From the NCBI GenBank assembly GCA_045656225.1, contig JAZOQU010000022.1:4732-68731 (forward strand): DNA of 64,000 nucleotides, read 5' to 3'. Shown here piece after piece: positions 1 to 11,254 of the stretch. Position 1 is the stretch's first letter; every line of letters starts with the position of its first letter. The position numbers were made by a program, and so were the translations under genes. The notes under the pieces were generated by a model. That model was not told the DNA's origin, ran no database searches, and saw only the letters and a program-made list of their open reading frames with translations. The stretch is from Kiritimatiellia bacterium (lineage in GTDB: Bacteria > Verrucomicrobiota > Kiritimatiellia > RFP12 > UBA1067).

Positions 1-107
1 CCATACCGACGATGACCTGGATATTCTTGTTGGCGCTGTCGCGCATATCCATAGCCTTCTGCTTCTCTTCGCGCATCTTGCGCAAATCATCAAGAGTAAG
101 TTTAGCC
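1..107 (-). CDS. NuoF-like / hydrogenase HndC-type NADH-binding subunit, N-terminal fragment (gene continues past the window start)
   Basis: Minus-strand ATG at 107 (MAKLTLDDLRKMREEKQKAMDMRDSANKNIQVIVGM...) sits 20 bp downstream of the nuoE-like gene and runs off the edge. Such an N-terminus typically precedes the thioredoxin-like 2Fe-2S segment of NuoF/HydB-like subunits. Partial, so low confidence. Confidence 0.4.
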
Positions 108-127
108 ATTTTTAAAACTCCTTTTTC

Positions 128-607
128 TTAGCCGCGCTCGCGGTAGATGTTGAGAATACGCGTAACGTCGCCGGTGACGACTTTACCATGAACTTCGCCG
201 TTGACGACGACGGCAGGCGCGAGACCGCAGCAACCGATGCAGCGGACGGCCTCGATCGAGAAAAGCCCGTCGGAAGTCGTAGCGTTTACGCCGACGCCGA
301 GCTGACGTTCGAATTCCTTGATGATGTCATCGCCGCCGCGGAGATAGCACGCGGTACCAAGGCAAACCTGAATATTGTACTTACCGGCCTTCTGAAGACG
401 GAAGAAGTTATAGAATGTAATAACGCCGTAGACCTTGGCGAGCGGAACGCCGAGAATCTCACTCGTCTCGATCGCGATCTCGCGGGGAATATACCCGTAG
501 GTCTGCTGTACGCGGTGCAAAACCATGATAAGGTTACCCGGCTTTGCCTTCCATTCTTCGACGAACGCCCTGAGCTCAGGCGTCATCGTTTCGAGGTTTT
601 TGCTCAT
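128..607 (-). CDS. nuoE: NuoE-like 24-kDa thioredoxin-like [2Fe-2S] ferredoxin subunit (NADH dehydrogenase / hydrogenase HndA-type)
   Basis: 159 aa with four Cys in the NuoE pattern (CLGTAC ... CIGCCGLAP). Followed in the same direction by a NuoF-like start. Confidence 0.75.
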   Translation of the reverse strand: MSKNLETMTPELRAFVEEWKAKPGNLIMVLHRVQQTYGYIPREIAIETSEILGVPLAKVYGVITFYNFFRLQKAGKYNIQVCLGTACYLRGGDDIIKEFERQLGVGVNATTSDGLFSIEAVRCIGCCGLAPAVVVNGEVHGKVVTGDVTRILNIYRERG

Positions 608-778
608 TAGTATTGTCCTTTATTGATTAAATCTAAAAATAGCGATAACGAATTAACTATTTTATATTATCTCATAGTACACACAAGTTAGGCAAGACTA
701 AATTTGGAGTTTTTTGAGATCATTTTATTGATAAATAGGCGTACTATATAAAAACCTGCTAATCAAAAACCATTCCGC

Positions 779-1648
779 TCATTTTTTCACATCTTCAAGA
801 TTGACAAAAACGGCATCATGATCTGAGATTTTACGGGAAGAAACAATCTGCGCCTGAAATTCCGGGGATATCCGCAAACCTCTTATAAAAATGTAATCGA
901 GCGCTGTTCCGCCCCACTTACCTCTTTTAGGGTAGGTTATTCTTTTCTCCGGCGGAAGAAATTCAAGCGGCGTAACGAAACCAGCCTCCGCAAGAATCTC
1001 AAAAATCGTATCCTTCTTGAAATCCTCGGACCATTTGTCCGCATTCAGATCACCCGCTATAATTACAGGAACATTCTTTCGACCGCGACGGGGACGCTCC
1101 TGTTCGACGAGTTGCTCTATCGCGCGGCTTCTTTTAGCGCGATTCAGGCGGGCAGTCTTTTCGTTTGTCTGACCGTAATTGGACTTCAAATGAACCGAAT
1201 AGACCTCGGTCGTGACAGAACCAGGGAATACGACCGTAGCATGCGCATAGCCGCGCGGAGGCGTTTCGGCTTTATAATTCTTCCACTTGGACCAATTGGC
1301 CGCGACGACAGGGAGCGTAGTCAAAATCGCATCCTGCTGCATATCGAAGCGGTCGCGCCTGCGGTAGGCCGTTATAACGGCGCAAGTGAGATTCGTTCTG
1401 CCGATGGCCGCGACAAGCTCATTTACGACTTTGGGCCCGCGCATCTCGTTGAGACAGATGATTACATCGTTCGTCCCGTAGGGATCGACCTTCTTAAGCC
1501 CCTCGCGCAGCATCGCACCAGCTTCGGCGACAGTTCGAGCCTCGATATGGGGCGCCGCTCTGTGTTCTGCCCTTCCCGACGGGAACCATTTCCCGTTCCA
1601 CGAACCTACCGTCACGGCGGCGACGAGAAATGCAGAAGAAAAAGTCAT
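779..1648 (-). CDS. Endonuclease/exonuclease/phosphatase (EEP) family protein, secreted
   Basis: 289 aa with an N-terminal hydrophobic signal, EEP-like motifs ([15 protein letters not shown]), and a 4-bp overlap with cysE. Confidence 0.55.
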   Translation of the reverse strand: MTFSSAFLVAAVTVGSWNGKWFPSGRAEHRAAPHIEARTVAEAGAMLREGLKKVDPYGTNDVIICLNEMRGPKVVNELVAAIGRTNLTCAVITAYRRRDRFDMQQDAILTTLPVVAANWSKWKNYKAETPPRGYAHATVVFPGSVTTEVYSVHLKSNYGQTNEKTARLNRAKRSRAIEQLVEQERPRRGRKNVPVIIAGDLNADKWSEDFKKDTIFEILAEAGFVTPLEFLPPEKRITYPKRGKWGGTALDYIFIRGLRISPEFQAQIVSSRKISDHDAVFVNLEDVKK

Positions 1649-2391
1649 TCAATCGTTTTTATTACAGGCGCGGGAGGTTTGTTGTAAACGCGTGAAAAAG
1701 GCGGAACGGAATCCTTTATCCATACGTTACCGCCGATTTCAGAGTCGTGACCGATCGTGGTCTCGCCGCCGAGAATCGTGGCGTTTGCGTAGATAACGAC
1801 ATTGTCCTCAATGTTGGGATGACGCTTAAGGCCCTTTACCAGAGCGCCTGAACTGTCTTTCGCGAACGAAAGACCGCCGAGGGTAACGCCCTGGTAGATT
1901 CTAACGTTACGCCCTATAATCGTCGTCTCGCCGATAACGACGCCCGTACCGTGGTCGATAAAAAACCTCTCACCGATGGTTGCGCCGGGATGAATGTCGA
2001 TACCCGTTTTCGAATGGGCGATTTCAGACATTATACGCGGAATGACAGGAACGCCGAGTCTGTAAAGCTCATGGGCGATGCGGTGAACTGTAACCGCATA
2101 AAGTCCGGGATAGGCCATAACGACCTCCATACGGCTCGTCGCCGCCGGATCGCCGTCGTACGCCGCGTCAATATCGGTCTCGACAAGACGGCGGATCTCG
2201 CCTATACGACCGGCAAACTCGGCGGCGATCGCACCGGCGTCCGCATCGGGCATCAAAAGCGCAATTTCGCGCTCCAAGTCCCGCGCCACGTTCGCTGCGG
2301 CGTCTTTAGAGCCGAGCTCGCCGTAGACGCAAGGATGGAGAATCGCGAAGGCGCGTCTTAAAATAGCAGTTATGCGCTGGGGGAGAATCAT
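1645..2391 (-). CDS. cysE: Serine O-acetyltransferase (hexapeptide-repeat acyltransferase)
   Basis: [29 protein letters not shown] hexapeptide core typical of CysE; 4-bp overlaps with the neighbours on both sides. Confidence 0.7.
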   Translation of the reverse strand: MILPQRITAILRRAFAILHPCVYGELGSKDAAANVARDLEREIALLMPDADAGAIAAEFAGRIGEIRRLVETDIDAAYDGDPAATSRMEVVMAYPGLYAVTVHRIAHELYRLGVPVIPRIMSEIAHSKTGIDIHPGATIGERFFIDHGTGVVIGETTIIGRNVRIYQGVTLGGLSFAKDSSGALVKGLKRHPNIEDNVVIYANATILGGETTIGHDSEIGGNVWIKDSVPPFSRVYNKPPAPVIKTIE

Positions 2392-4163
2392 TTACCCTTC
2401 CTCCTTATACGCGCGACTATCTGGGAAGCTCCGAGATTCTTAAATCCGAGAGCGAGAAGAATCTTGCCGAAGAAGTGGCGTGAAATCGCCTTAATCTCCT
2501 TTATTTCGATACCGTCGGCTTCACAGAGCGCCTTGAAATCCTTAAGCGTTATGCAGTGAATGTTCGGGGTGTCGTACCACTGGAACGGAAGCGCCTTCGA
2601 AACGGGAAGACGTCCGGCAAGTCCGAGAGTAAGACGAATGCGGTACGCCGCGAAATTCGGGAAGGAAACTATCGCTTCGCCCGCAATGCGAAGAGCCTCG
2701 TCGAGAAGACCGCGCGGATTCTTAACCTCCTGAAGCGTATCGGAGCATATCGCGACGTCATAATGATTATCTGGAATCACGGAAAGCCCTTCGTCGGCAT
2801 CTTCCCAGTACGACATGTGACCGTCGGCCAAGGTCTCCTTGAATTTGTCGATATCGATCTCAACACCATCGCCCACGACATTCTTATCTTCGCGCAGGAC
2901 GTTCAGCATCGATCCGTCGCCGCAGCCGATGTCGATAACCTTTGCACCAGGCTTAACCATATCGGTAACGCCTTTGTAGAGACGGCGCTGCCAGTTCATC
3001 ACCTTGGGTTTGCGCGGTCTTAAAAAGCCGCCGATAAGCCCAGAGAGATCGTCGATATCGGTCAAAAACGAATCATGGCCCGTACCCGCTTCAAGATGGC
3101 AGTACGTCACATCCTTTTTATTTTTAAGAAGCGATTCTGTAATTTCCTTTGACTGACGAACAGTGAAAAGTACGTCGTTCTCGTATGAAACGACGAGGCA
3201 CTTCGCCTGAACGCGCGCGCACGCCGCGTCCAAAGAGCCGTATCTGTCGCCCGCGTCAAAAAGATCCATCGAGCGCGTGATATGCAGATAACTGTTTGCG
3301 TCGAAACGCTTGACGAACTTCATCGCCTGATAATCGAGATAGCTCTCGATCTGAAAGTACGTCTTAAAAGCGGCATCACGCTTAGCACGCTCTTCGGCGG
3401 GAGCCTCGACGAAATTTTTCTGAAGCTCGCGGCGGAACTTCTCCTGGAGGAGATCGCACGAAAGGTACGTGATGTGGGCGAGCTGTCTGGCGCTCGCAAG
3501 GCCGATTTTAGGCCCTTTGCCGTCACCTTCAAGATAATAGTCGCCACCCTTCCACGCCGGATCGTCGGTTATGGACGCGCGGCCGACGACGTCAAAAGCG
3601 AGAGCCTGGGTATTTAAAGAGGCCGAAGTCGCGATTAGACAGGCTTTCTCCATCTCATCGGGGCAGCGAGTAATCCAATCCATCACCTGCATTCCGCCGA
3701 AACTGCCGCCTATCAGCGCGGCGAGTTTTTTAACGCCGAGCTGCTTAAGCAAAAGTCTGTACACGTCGACGGAATCGGAAAAAGAATATTGGGGGAACGA
3801 AGAACCGTAAGGCTTACCGGTATCGGGATTTATCGACATAGGGCCCGTAGTCCCGCTGCATCCGCCGAGAACATTCGCGCAGATTACATGATAATGATTC
3901 GTGTCGATCGCTCGACCGGGACCGATCATAAGCTCCCACCAGCCGCTCGGCTTCTCCTCGCCGGGACGGATGCCGGCGACATGCGCGTCTCCCGTAAGCG
4001 CATGACAAATAAAAATCGCATTGTCTTCACGAAGTGGCGCACCGCACTCTTCGTAGACGACTTCGATTTTTTTCAAAACACCGCCCGGCTCGAGCTTAAG
4101 CCCCCCTTGGGGAAGTTCGAGTTCTATCTTCTTTTGTTCGACTATTCCTACACTTTCATTCAT
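2388..4163 (-). CDS. metX: Homoserine O-acetyltransferase MetX fused to a MetW methyltransferase-like domain
   Basis: N-terminal ~380 aa match the MetX alpha/beta-hydrolase (GGSFGGMQ nucleophile elbow). C-terminal ~200 aa match MetW ([12 protein letters not shown] motif, ICSDTLQEV). Confidence 0.8.
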   Translation of the reverse strand: MNESVGIVEQKKIELELPQGGLKLEPGGVLKKIEVVYEECGAPLREDNAIFICHALTGDAHVAGIRPGEEKPSGWWELMIGPGRAIDTNHYHVICANVLGGCSGTTGPMSINPDTGKPYGSSFPQYSFSDSVDVYRLLLKQLGVKKLAALIGGSFGGMQVMDWITRCPDEMEKACLIATSASLNTQALAFDVVGRASITDDPAWKGGDYYLEGDGKGPKIGLASARQLAHITYLSCDLLQEKFRRELQKNFVEAPAEERAKRDAAFKTYFQIESYLDYQAMKFVKRFDANSYLHITRSMDLFDAGDRYGSLDAACARVQAKCLVVSYENDVLFTVRQSKEITESLLKNKKDVTYCHLEAGTGHDSFLTDIDDLSGLIGGFLRPRKPKVMNWQRRLYKGVTDMVKPGAKVIDIGCGDGSMLNVLREDKNVVGDGVEIDIDKFKETLADGHMSYWEDADEGLSVIPDNHYDVAICSDTLQEVKNPRGLLDEALRIAGEAIVSFPNFAAYRIRLTLGLAGRLPVSKALPFQWYDTPNIHCITLKDFKALCEADGIEIKEIKAISRHFFGKILLALGFKNLGASQIVARIRRKGK

Positions 4164-4219
4164 ATTAAAATGTTTTGCCTCATATTATACAACAATGTCG
4201 ACACCGAACGCAAACGTAA

Positions 4220-4981
4220 TCACCCCAAGCGAAAGTCACCGGTTGCAACACCGAAATCTAACGCTGCGCGGATGACGCTGAGAGCGAAAATCGCGGCGGT
4301 TTCGGCACGCAAAATCTGCGAACCGAACGAGACGGGACGCGCTATTTCAAGAAGCGCCGAAAGCTCTTCCGGCGTAAAATCGCCTTCGGGACCGATGTAG
4401 ACGGCGTAATCGGCGTTCGGACTTTTAGCCTTGGCCGACATTACCTCTTCTAAAAGATGCTTAGGCGGCGGAGTCATAAGAGCGCCTATGAAACAGTTCG
4501 TTTTCTTAACCAGTTCAAGCGACTCTTTAAAATCGGCTATATCGGCAATCTCAGGGACAAAAACGGCATCGGACTGGCGCGCAGCCTCCTCGACGATGCG
4601 CATCCATCGTTCGCGCTTAACCGGGCGCTCTGCCGCATCCACGCGAACGATCGTTCTCGCCGAAATTACAGGGACTATTCTGTCGACACCGAGTTCAGTC
4701 GCTTTTTCAAGAGTCCAATCCCATCGCGAACCCTTTGTAACGCAGGCGAAAAGCGTAACCGACGATGAAGAGGCCTTGGCATGCCGCGTCAAATCTCCCG
4801 CCGCCTCAAGCTCACGCAAGGAGGCGTTGTAGCGATAAACGCGCGTTAAGCCCTTTCCATCAAAAAGTTCTACCTCCTCACCGTTCTTTGGACGCAGAAC
4901 CTTCAGATGATTCGCCGCCTCGCGCGAGAGGACCGGCGAATCACACTTAAGGGTTTCACTGTCAGCAAGAAGCCTGTGCAT
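4220..4981 (-). CDS. rsmE: 16S rRNA (uracil1498-N3)-methyltransferase RsmE family
   Basis: 253 aa with an RsmE-like PUA plus SPOUT layout (LFACVTKGSRWDWTLEKATELGVDRIVPV). Confidence 0.7.
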   Translation of the reverse strand: MHRLLADSETLKCDSPVLSREAANHLKVLRPKNGEEVELFDGKGLTRVYRYNASLRELEAAGDLTRHAKASSSSVTLFACVTKGSRWDWTLEKATELGVDRIVPVISARTIVRVDAAERPVKRERWMRIVEEAARQSDAVFVPEIADIADFKESLELVKKTNCFIGALMTPPPKHLLEEVMSAKAKSPNADYAVYIGPEGDFTPEELSALLEIARPVSFGSQILRAETAAIFALSVIRAALDFGVATGDFRLG

Positions 4982-4989
4982 CGGAAATC

Positions 4990-6159
4990 CTAAAGCCCCT
5001 TCTTCGCGTACTTAAGGCCGATCTCAAGCCCGCGTAATTCCGCAAGCCCGATAAGTCGGCCGCCGTAGCTGTAGCCGCAATAGCACTTACGCGACTTGTC
5101 GATCTCGAGAAACCGCCCGTGATCGGGACGCACGACGATCTTTTCGCCGCGACGCTTCTCTTCTTTAAGAAACGCTTCGAAGAGCGCGGGGATATCGGTC
5201 TGTCCGACAAGGTGGCACTGCGACTCGTGGAAAACCTTGTCGTCTGTATATTCGAGATTGCGGAAGTGGCAGAAGTAGACGCGCCTGCCGAACTTCTTCA
5301 TAATCTCGACCGCGTCGTTCGCCTTATCTCCGCCGAGAGAGCCCGTGCAGAGCGTAAGACCCACGTGCTTCGACGGGCACTTTTTATACATCTCGGCGAT
5401 ATCCCCGGCGTTTGAAAGAATACGCGGCAGTCCGAAAATCGGATGAGGCGGATCGTCGGGATGGATGCACATATTTACGCCCGTCTCCTCGAGTACCGGA
5501 GAAATTTCGTTCAGGAACCAATACATGTTCTCGCGCAGTTTCTTATCGTCGATACCGTCGTAAGTCTTTAGCTGGGCGAGAAATTCCCCAGGCGTCAGAT
5601 CGTCCACTGTGCCGGGCAGGCCGCACAGGACGGAATCCGCGACGCGCTTGCGGCCCTTAGCGTCGAGCTTCGCCCATACCTTCTTCGCCTTCGAGCGCGT
5701 TTTGGCGTCGTACTCTTTCTCCGCGCCGGGGCGCTTAAGATAAAACATATCGAACGCGGCAAGTTCGTACTCGTTGTATTCAAGACATGTCGAACCGTCG
5801 GGAAGCGCGTACTCGAGATTGGAGCGAGTCCAGTCGAGAACCGGCATAAAGTTGTAGCACACGGTCTTGATGCCGCACTTGGCGAGATTGCGAAGAGTCT
5901 GTTTATAATTGGCGACGTACTTGAGATAATCGCCCGTATGCTTCTTGATATCCTCGTGGATCGGCACCGACTCGACGACAGACCATACCATCCCCGCCTT
6001 TTTAACCTTGTCGGCACGGGACTTGATCTCCTTTACGGGCCACACCTCGCCCGGCTTGCGCTCGTAAAGCGCAGCGACCACGTCCGTCACGCCCGCCTGG
6101 CGAATCTCCTTAAGAGTTATCGAGTCGCCGTCACCGTACCATCTCCAGCCTTGTTTCAT
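4990..6159 (-). CDS. uxuA: Mannonate dehydratase
   Basis: Near-collinear with E. coli UxuA from the N-terminus (MKQGWRWYGDGD..., WSVVESVPIHEDIKKHTG, CYNFMPVLDWTR, HPDDPPHPIFGLPRI). Confidence 0.9.
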   Translation of the reverse strand: MKQGWRWYGDGDSITLKEIRQAGVTDVVAALYERKPGEVWPVKEIKSRADKVKKAGMVWSVVESVPIHEDIKKHTGDYLKYVANYKQTLRNLAKCGIKTVCYNFMPVLDWTRSNLEYALPDGSTCLEYNEYELAAFDMFYLKRPGAEKEYDAKTRSKAKKVWAKLDAKGRKRVADSVLCGLPGTVDDLTPGEFLAQLKTYDGIDDKKLRENMYWFLNEISPVLEETGVNMCIHPDDPPHPIFGLPRILSNAGDIAEMYKKCPSKHVGLTLCTGSLGGDKANDAVEIMKKFGRRVYFCHFRNLEYTDDKVFHESQCHLVGQTDIPALFEAFLKEEKRRGEKIVVRPDHGRFLEIDKSRKCYCGYSYGGRLIGLAELRGLEIGLKYAKKGL

Positions 6160-6181
6160 ATTTATCTCTCCGTAATTGTTC

Positions 6182-7597
6182 TCAATTCATTATACGTTCA
6201 GACGCACCGGGAATTCCGAGAATCTTTCTGTATTTCGCAACTGTGCGCCTTGCTATAGAATACCCCTTTGATTTCAATAGAGACGAAATCCTGTCGTCAG
6301 AATGAGGTTTCTTACGATCCTCAGATTCCACTATCGCCTTCAATGCGTCAAAAACGGCATCCTTAGCAACCAAACCTCCATCGTTCGTCGCGCATCCTGA
6401 AACAAAAAAGCGTCTAAGTTCTATAGTTCCGCGCGGCGTTGAAACGTATTTGTTGTTTACCGTACGCGAAACTGTCGCCGCATGAACGCCTACAACATCA
6501 CCGATTTCCTGCATTGTCAAAGGCTTCAAACCTTTCAGACCCTTTTCAAAGAAATCGCTTTGAGCATCAAAAACGGCCTGTGCGATCGACGTAACGGTTT
6601 CCTCACGTTTCTTCAGCGCTTCGGCAAACTCGTTTACAGACGCTATTTTAGCACGCAAGTACTCTTTCGTTTCGGAGTCGGTCGCGGGATCTTCAAGCAT
6701 CTTGAGATAACGCGGCGAAATCCTTATTTCCGGCAGACTTCTCGCATCTACCCTCGCTGCCCAGCCATTAGCCGTCTTTACCGCATGAATCTCAGGATTC
6801 ACATAGGACACCCCCTTACCCGAACGCGAATACGCCCGCGCCGGACGGGGATCCAGGGTCCGCAAGGCAGAAAGCACATCGGCGTACCGTTCATGGGAAA
6901 TGCCGAGGGTTTTCTCGACATTTGCGAGGCGTCCTTCCGCAACATCCTTCAAAAGCCCATTCTCGAGGAGTTCGCGCACCTCATCCTGATATGGCGAGGA
7001 ATCAAGTTTATCAAGCTGGGCGAGAAGACATTCCTCAAAAGTCGTTGCGCCGCACCCGGGAGGGTCGAACGTCATTATCACGCCAAGAACTTCACGGATC
7101 TTCTCTTCATTTTCCCCGGTCACCATCATGATGTCCGGCATAGACCCGGAAAAATAACCGTCATCATTGAGTTCTCCGATTAAAATTTCCGCCAATTGAA
7201 AATCATCTTCTTTAAGCTCAGAGGTTTTTATCTGTGAACAAAGATGCTCCTCAAGGGTCTCTTCGCTCGTTCGCGACTCGAGAAATCTTTGACGCCGGTC
7301 CATAGCCTCGGCATCGGCTTCATAAAACGAATCCGGCGCGGAATCATCGTCTGGATAATCGTCTTCGCGGGCTCTCTCTCTATCGGCGGTTTCACGCTCC
7401 TTCTGGGAAACGGTATCCTTCTCAAGCGTGCGCTCGACATCGTCGATAACAGGGTTCGTTTCGAGTTCCCGGTTCAATTCGACGCGCAGTTCAGGAAGGC
7501 TCATCGCCAACATGTCAAGCCCGCGGAGCATCCGCGGCGCGAGAACCATAGACTGCGACTGGGACTGCCGCTGCGAACCGGATAATGTCTGAGGCAT
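6182..7597 (-). CDS. rpoN: RNA polymerase sigma-54 factor
   Basis: C-terminal RpoN box ARRTVAKYR, an HTH region and an acidic region II; 471 aa. Confidence 0.9.
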   Translation of the reverse strand: MPQTLSGSQRQSQSQSMVLAPRMLRGLDMLAMSLPELRVELNRELETNPVIDDVERTLEKDTVSQKERETADRERAREDDYPDDDSAPDSFYEADAEAMDRRQRFLESRTSEETLEEHLCSQIKTSELKEDDFQLAEILIGELNDDGYFSGSMPDIMMVTGENEEKIREVLGVIMTFDPPGCGATTFEECLLAQLDKLDSSPYQDEVRELLENGLLKDVAEGRLANVEKTLGISHERYADVLSALRTLDPRPARAYSRSGKGVSYVNPEIHAVKTANGWAARVDARSLPEIRISPRYLKMLEDPATDSETKEYLRAKIASVNEFAEALKKREETVTSIAQAVFDAQSDFFEKGLKGLKPLTMQEIGDVVGVHAATVSRTVNNKYVSTPRGTIELRRFFVSGCATNDGGLVAKDAVFDALKAIVESEDRKKPHSDDRISSLLKSKGYSIARRTVAKYRKILGIPGASERIMN

Positions 7598-9288
7598 TAC
7601 TGCTCCTCAGTAACGCGCATGATTTCCTTGACGCTCGTAACTCCGCGAAAAGCCTTAGACCAGCCGTCTTCACGAAGCGTCTTCATGCCTTTGGCCATGG
7701 AACGGTTGCGGATCTCCGTCGCGTTTTCACGACGGACGATCGCTCCCTCTATGTCTTCATCGACCTCGAGCACCTCGAATAAAGCGCGACGCCCCTTATA
7801 TCCCGTTCGCGAACAGGAATCACACCCTATGGGCTCGAAAACCGTATTCTTTTCGGGCGCGTAATCAAGAGTGTAATACTTCATGTCGAGAGGGACTTCC
7901 TTCATACACTTCGGGCAAAGACGGCGGCATAGACGCTGCCCCATGACGCCGGCAACGGCCGAAGCGATCAGAAACGGCTCAACACCCATGTCGATCAGAC
8001 GCGGGAAAGCGCCTGCCGCATCATTGGTATGCAATGTCGAAAACACCATGTGACCCGTAAGCGATGCGTTAATCGCGATTTCAGCGGTCTCGCGGTCACG
8101 GATTTCACCGACCATGATGATATCGGGATCCTGACGCAGAAACGCTCTCAGTGCGCGCGCGAACGTCATACCGATATCGGCCTGCATCTGAACCTGATTG
8201 ATACCGGCCATATGATATTCGATCGGGTCCTCGGCAGTCATGATTCTCACGTCGATCTTATTGACTTCGTGAAGGAATGAATAAAGCGATGTCGATTTAC
8301 CGGAACCGGTCGGTCCGGTGACCAGGAAAATCCCGTTCGGACGGCGGATAATCCTGTCGACTACGGCAAAATCACGATCATTGAATCCAAGGTCGGCCAT
8401 CTTGACGAAACTGCCGCTCTTGGCGAGAAGACGCAGAGAAATCGACTCGCCGTACGCGGCAGGCATGGTTGAAACGCGGATATCGATATCCTGTCCCGAA
8501 ATTCTGATGCCGATACGACCGTCCATCGGCAGACGCTTCTCGGCGATATCGAGATTGGCCATAACCTTGATACGCGAAATGATCGCCGCCTTCAACCTGT
8601 TCAACTGCGGCGGGACGTCTACCTTGTGAAGCATACCGTCGATTCTATAACGTATCCGAAGTTCGGTTTCCTGAGGTTCGATATGAATATCGGTCGCGCC
8701 TTGACGGTCGGCTTCAACGATGATCTGGTTCACAAAACGGACGATCGACGCTTCCTCGCCCATTTCATTGACGTCGATCTTGGTCATCGTGCTGAATTCA
8801 TCGTCGACGGAATAGCGGTCGTCGTCGATCATTTTTTCAATCGCATCGGCACCGACACCGTAATATTTTTTGACGGCTTTCTCAACCTCGTCCTTGGTAC
8901 ATAGCACCATTTTCATCGGACAGTTGGCGACAAGCCTCAATGAATCCGCCGGAGTCGTATCAAAAGGATCTGAAACGACAATCGTCATCGACTGGCCGTC
9001 GTAACGGTACGGTAAAACATTGTATTGATAAACGGCACTGGCAGGCACTTTAGTCAAAGCGTCCGCTGTAGGTTGATTATGCTCAAGATCGACCACCTCA
9101 AGACCAAGCGCGGAACCGAACGCCCCAAGAACATCGATTTCGCGGTGACCGCCGAACTTGACAGCGGCTTCGCAAAGTCCCATTTCAGGATTCTCAGTCC
9201 TGCCGGAAATAATGCGGGAAATCTGCTCATCGGAAAAAATCCCGGCAGATTTAAGAACAATGTTCGTTAGAGACAAACTTTCACTCAT
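7597..9288 (-). CDS. gspE: GspE/PilB-family secretion ATPase (type II secretion / type IV pilus assembly)
   Basis: N-terminal T2SE_Nter-like domain, Walker A GPTGSGKST, and a tetracysteine CxxC...CxxC motif. The stop overlaps the rpoN start by 1 bp. Confidence 0.8.
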   Translation of the reverse strand: MSESLSLTNIVLKSAGIFSDEQISRIISGRTENPEMGLCEAAVKFGGHREIDVLGAFGSALGLEVVDLEHNQPTADALTKVPASAVYQYNVLPYRYDGQSMTIVVSDPFDTTPADSLRLVANCPMKMVLCTKDEVEKAVKKYYGVGADAIEKMIDDDRYSVDDEFSTMTKIDVNEMGEEASIVRFVNQIIVEADRQGATDIHIEPQETELRIRYRIDGMLHKVDVPPQLNRLKAAIISRIKVMANLDIAEKRLPMDGRIGIRISGQDIDIRVSTMPAAYGESISLRLLAKSGSFVKMADLGFNDRDFAVVDRIIRRPNGIFLVTGPTGSGKSTSLYSFLHEVNKIDVRIMTAEDPIEYHMAGINQVQMQADIGMTFARALRAFLRQDPDIIMVGEIRDRETAEIAINASLTGHMVFSTLHTNDAAGAFPRLIDMGVEPFLIASAVAGVMGQRLCRRLCPKCMKEVPLDMKYYTLDYAPEKNTVFEPIGCDSCSRTGYKGRRALFEVLEVDEDIEGAIVRRENATEIRNRSMAKGMKTLREDGWSKAFRGVTSVKEIMRVTEEQ

Positions 9289-9337
9289 AGTTCTTTTATT
9301 TTACCAAAACATCCGTCTCGTCTCAATGGCAATTTAC

Positions 9338-11146
9338 CTATTCGTGAGGTGTTGCGACAACTTTGAAAAATTGGTCGGTGGCTTCGCGAGTATGCCATGA
9401 CTTTAGATCCTTTGAGCCCTTTATGCTGTAATTCCAAAGCGTCGTGTTTTCTGGAGAGGCGTTAATTACCGGCGCTCCGTTTTTATCCATTTTTATTACC
9501 GCCAAAAGATTCGTCTCGTTCGCATTGTCCGGATCGAGCCCCCGCGCATACGACTGAGAGACTGAGTATCCGTTGGCGGAAACATGATCGGCAAGAGCGT
9601 TATATGAACCGTAGAAATAATCGGTAAAGTAATTGCCGCCCTCCTGAATAGATAGATACCTATCAAGCCACGAAAACGGAACTATCGGCTCGCTGGTCGT
9701 AGTGTAATTATCCTTTTCTTTCTTAGTGTACACCTTGCAACAGAAATATATTCCGTCAACTGACAAATCTTCCCAATACCAGGTTCTATACGAAGAATTG
9801 ATATAGCTCTTACCTTCTTGATCAACAACCTTAGAAAGATAGCCTTCGTAATTCTCCATTACCGCTATCGGGTAATAATTTCCAGGCGTATTAATCTCAA
9901 CACATATCGCGAATGTCTCGCCAGCAAAAACGGAAATCTCCTTATCGAACGGAATTACCTCATAGCCGGCGTCGGTACAAGTCCCAGACTTCACTAAGGT
10001 TTTCGTTCCGCTAAGACTCGAATACCAAGATGAAATTGAAGCATTTGTAACAATATACGCCTTATAAGTCGTTCCCGGCGAAAGTGCGTAAAAACCGAAT
10101 GCATCGAGCGTTTCATCGGCTTTAGCCTTAAAGAAATTAGCTCCTGCGGCCATTGTACTTTGTTCATACCCGTAACTTTTAATATATCCGTAAGGATCAT
10201 GCTGATATACTCGAGCATAATCAGTACCTTTAGACAAGGATGTAAAAACCGCCGAACCGCTCGCCCCTAAAGATGTATCGTAGTAGGAAATATAGTTATA
10301 TCCGTTATCTGTTTTAGACGAATTCGCGCCCCAACTGTTCCGAATTATAAAAGCGCCGTTCCCCGGGGGAGTAATTTTAAAGTTCGACTTATCATAATTA
10401 TCATCCCACCCGACGATTGCAATGGCATGATTTAATACATATGCGCCTGAAGCAACATAATTCGCTCCATTGTAAAAATATGATGCGCCATTGCAATATT
10501 CATCTTTGTGAAAATATCCAGATGAAACTGGCCCGTATTTAAGAACAGCGCTTTTAATCGAATCAAGATCGGGTCTTAACGTAGTTTGAACCTTATCTAA
10601 ATATCCTAAGGCCGAAAGAAATACAATCTTGCGCGGAATGCGCACGCCGCGCTCGCGCCTGCTCTTACCGATATTAGGATACGGATCAAGCGCTTCGGAA
10701 ATTGGAGAATCTTCTCTTAAGAAAACGGCTGACGCCATTTCGTTATTTCCGCCGCCATCGTATCCGAAATCATAGCCGTTTAAGTTAGCTAAATTATTCT
10801 CCGATAAATCAGCATCGATACCCTCATCGCGCCTCATCTGATATTCGATTCCAGCCATCGCCGCGAATGTCCAGCACGTACCATACTTCCCCTGATTGCG
10901 TACGGGAGAAAGATAACTCGTGCCCGCCCCGTCAATATCGCGAAGATCGTACTTCGCTGGGAGCGATGTCGCAGCAGCTCTCATCATGCGCACATTCGAT
11001 GACGCGCTGCTCACCGTATTTGTAAAATGAGTCAACGCATTAGGGTGAGGTCTATAGCCAGCTCGGGGCGCATCAAAGGCAAAAGCCCCTCCTGCAAAGA
11101 GCATACTCACGAAAAAAGCGCTTTTAGCGGCATGATAAAATGTCAT
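9338..11146 (-). CDS. Secreted papain-like cysteine peptidase (C1 family) with a C-terminal extension
   Basis: Signal peptide, catalytic Cys motif NQGKYGTCWTFAA, His motif HAIAIVGWD, and Asn/Trp motif NSWG. Confidence 0.75.
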   Translation of the reverse strand: MTFYHAAKSAFFVSMLFAGGAFAFDAPRAGYRPHPNALTHFTNTVSSASSNVRMMRAAATSLPAKYDLRDIDGAGTSYLSPVRNQGKYGTCWTFAAMAGIEYQMRRDEGIDADLSENNLANLNGYDFGYDGGGNNEMASAVFLREDSPISEALDPYPNIGKSRRERGVRIPRKIVFLSALGYLDKVQTTLRPDLDSIKSAVLKYGPVSSGYFHKDEYCNGASYFYNGANYVASGAYVLNHAIAIVGWDDNYDKSNFKITPPGNGAFIIRNSWGANSSKTDNGYNYISYYDTSLGASGSAVFTSLSKGTDYARVYQHDPYGYIKSYGYEQSTMAAGANFFKAKADETLDAFGFYALSPGTTYKAYIVTNASISSWYSSLSGTKTLVKSGTCTDAGYEVIPFDKEISVFAGETFAICVEINTPGNYYPIAVMENYEGYLSKVVDQEGKSYINSSYRTWYWEDLSVDGIYFCCKVYTKKEKDNYTTTSEPIVPFSWLDRYLSIQEGGNYFTDYFYGSYNALADHVSANGYSVSQSYARGLDPDNANETNLLAVIKMDKNGAPVINASPENTTLWNYSIKGSKDLKSWHTREATDQFFKVVATPHE

Positions 11147-11254
11147 AAAATATCAACAACCTTAAAGTCTATTTGCTCAAATTATAACATATTTCCCAAT
11201 GACGAGATTCACAAACTGTCACAACAAGGGCAAATCTATTTTTTTAACCTATGG

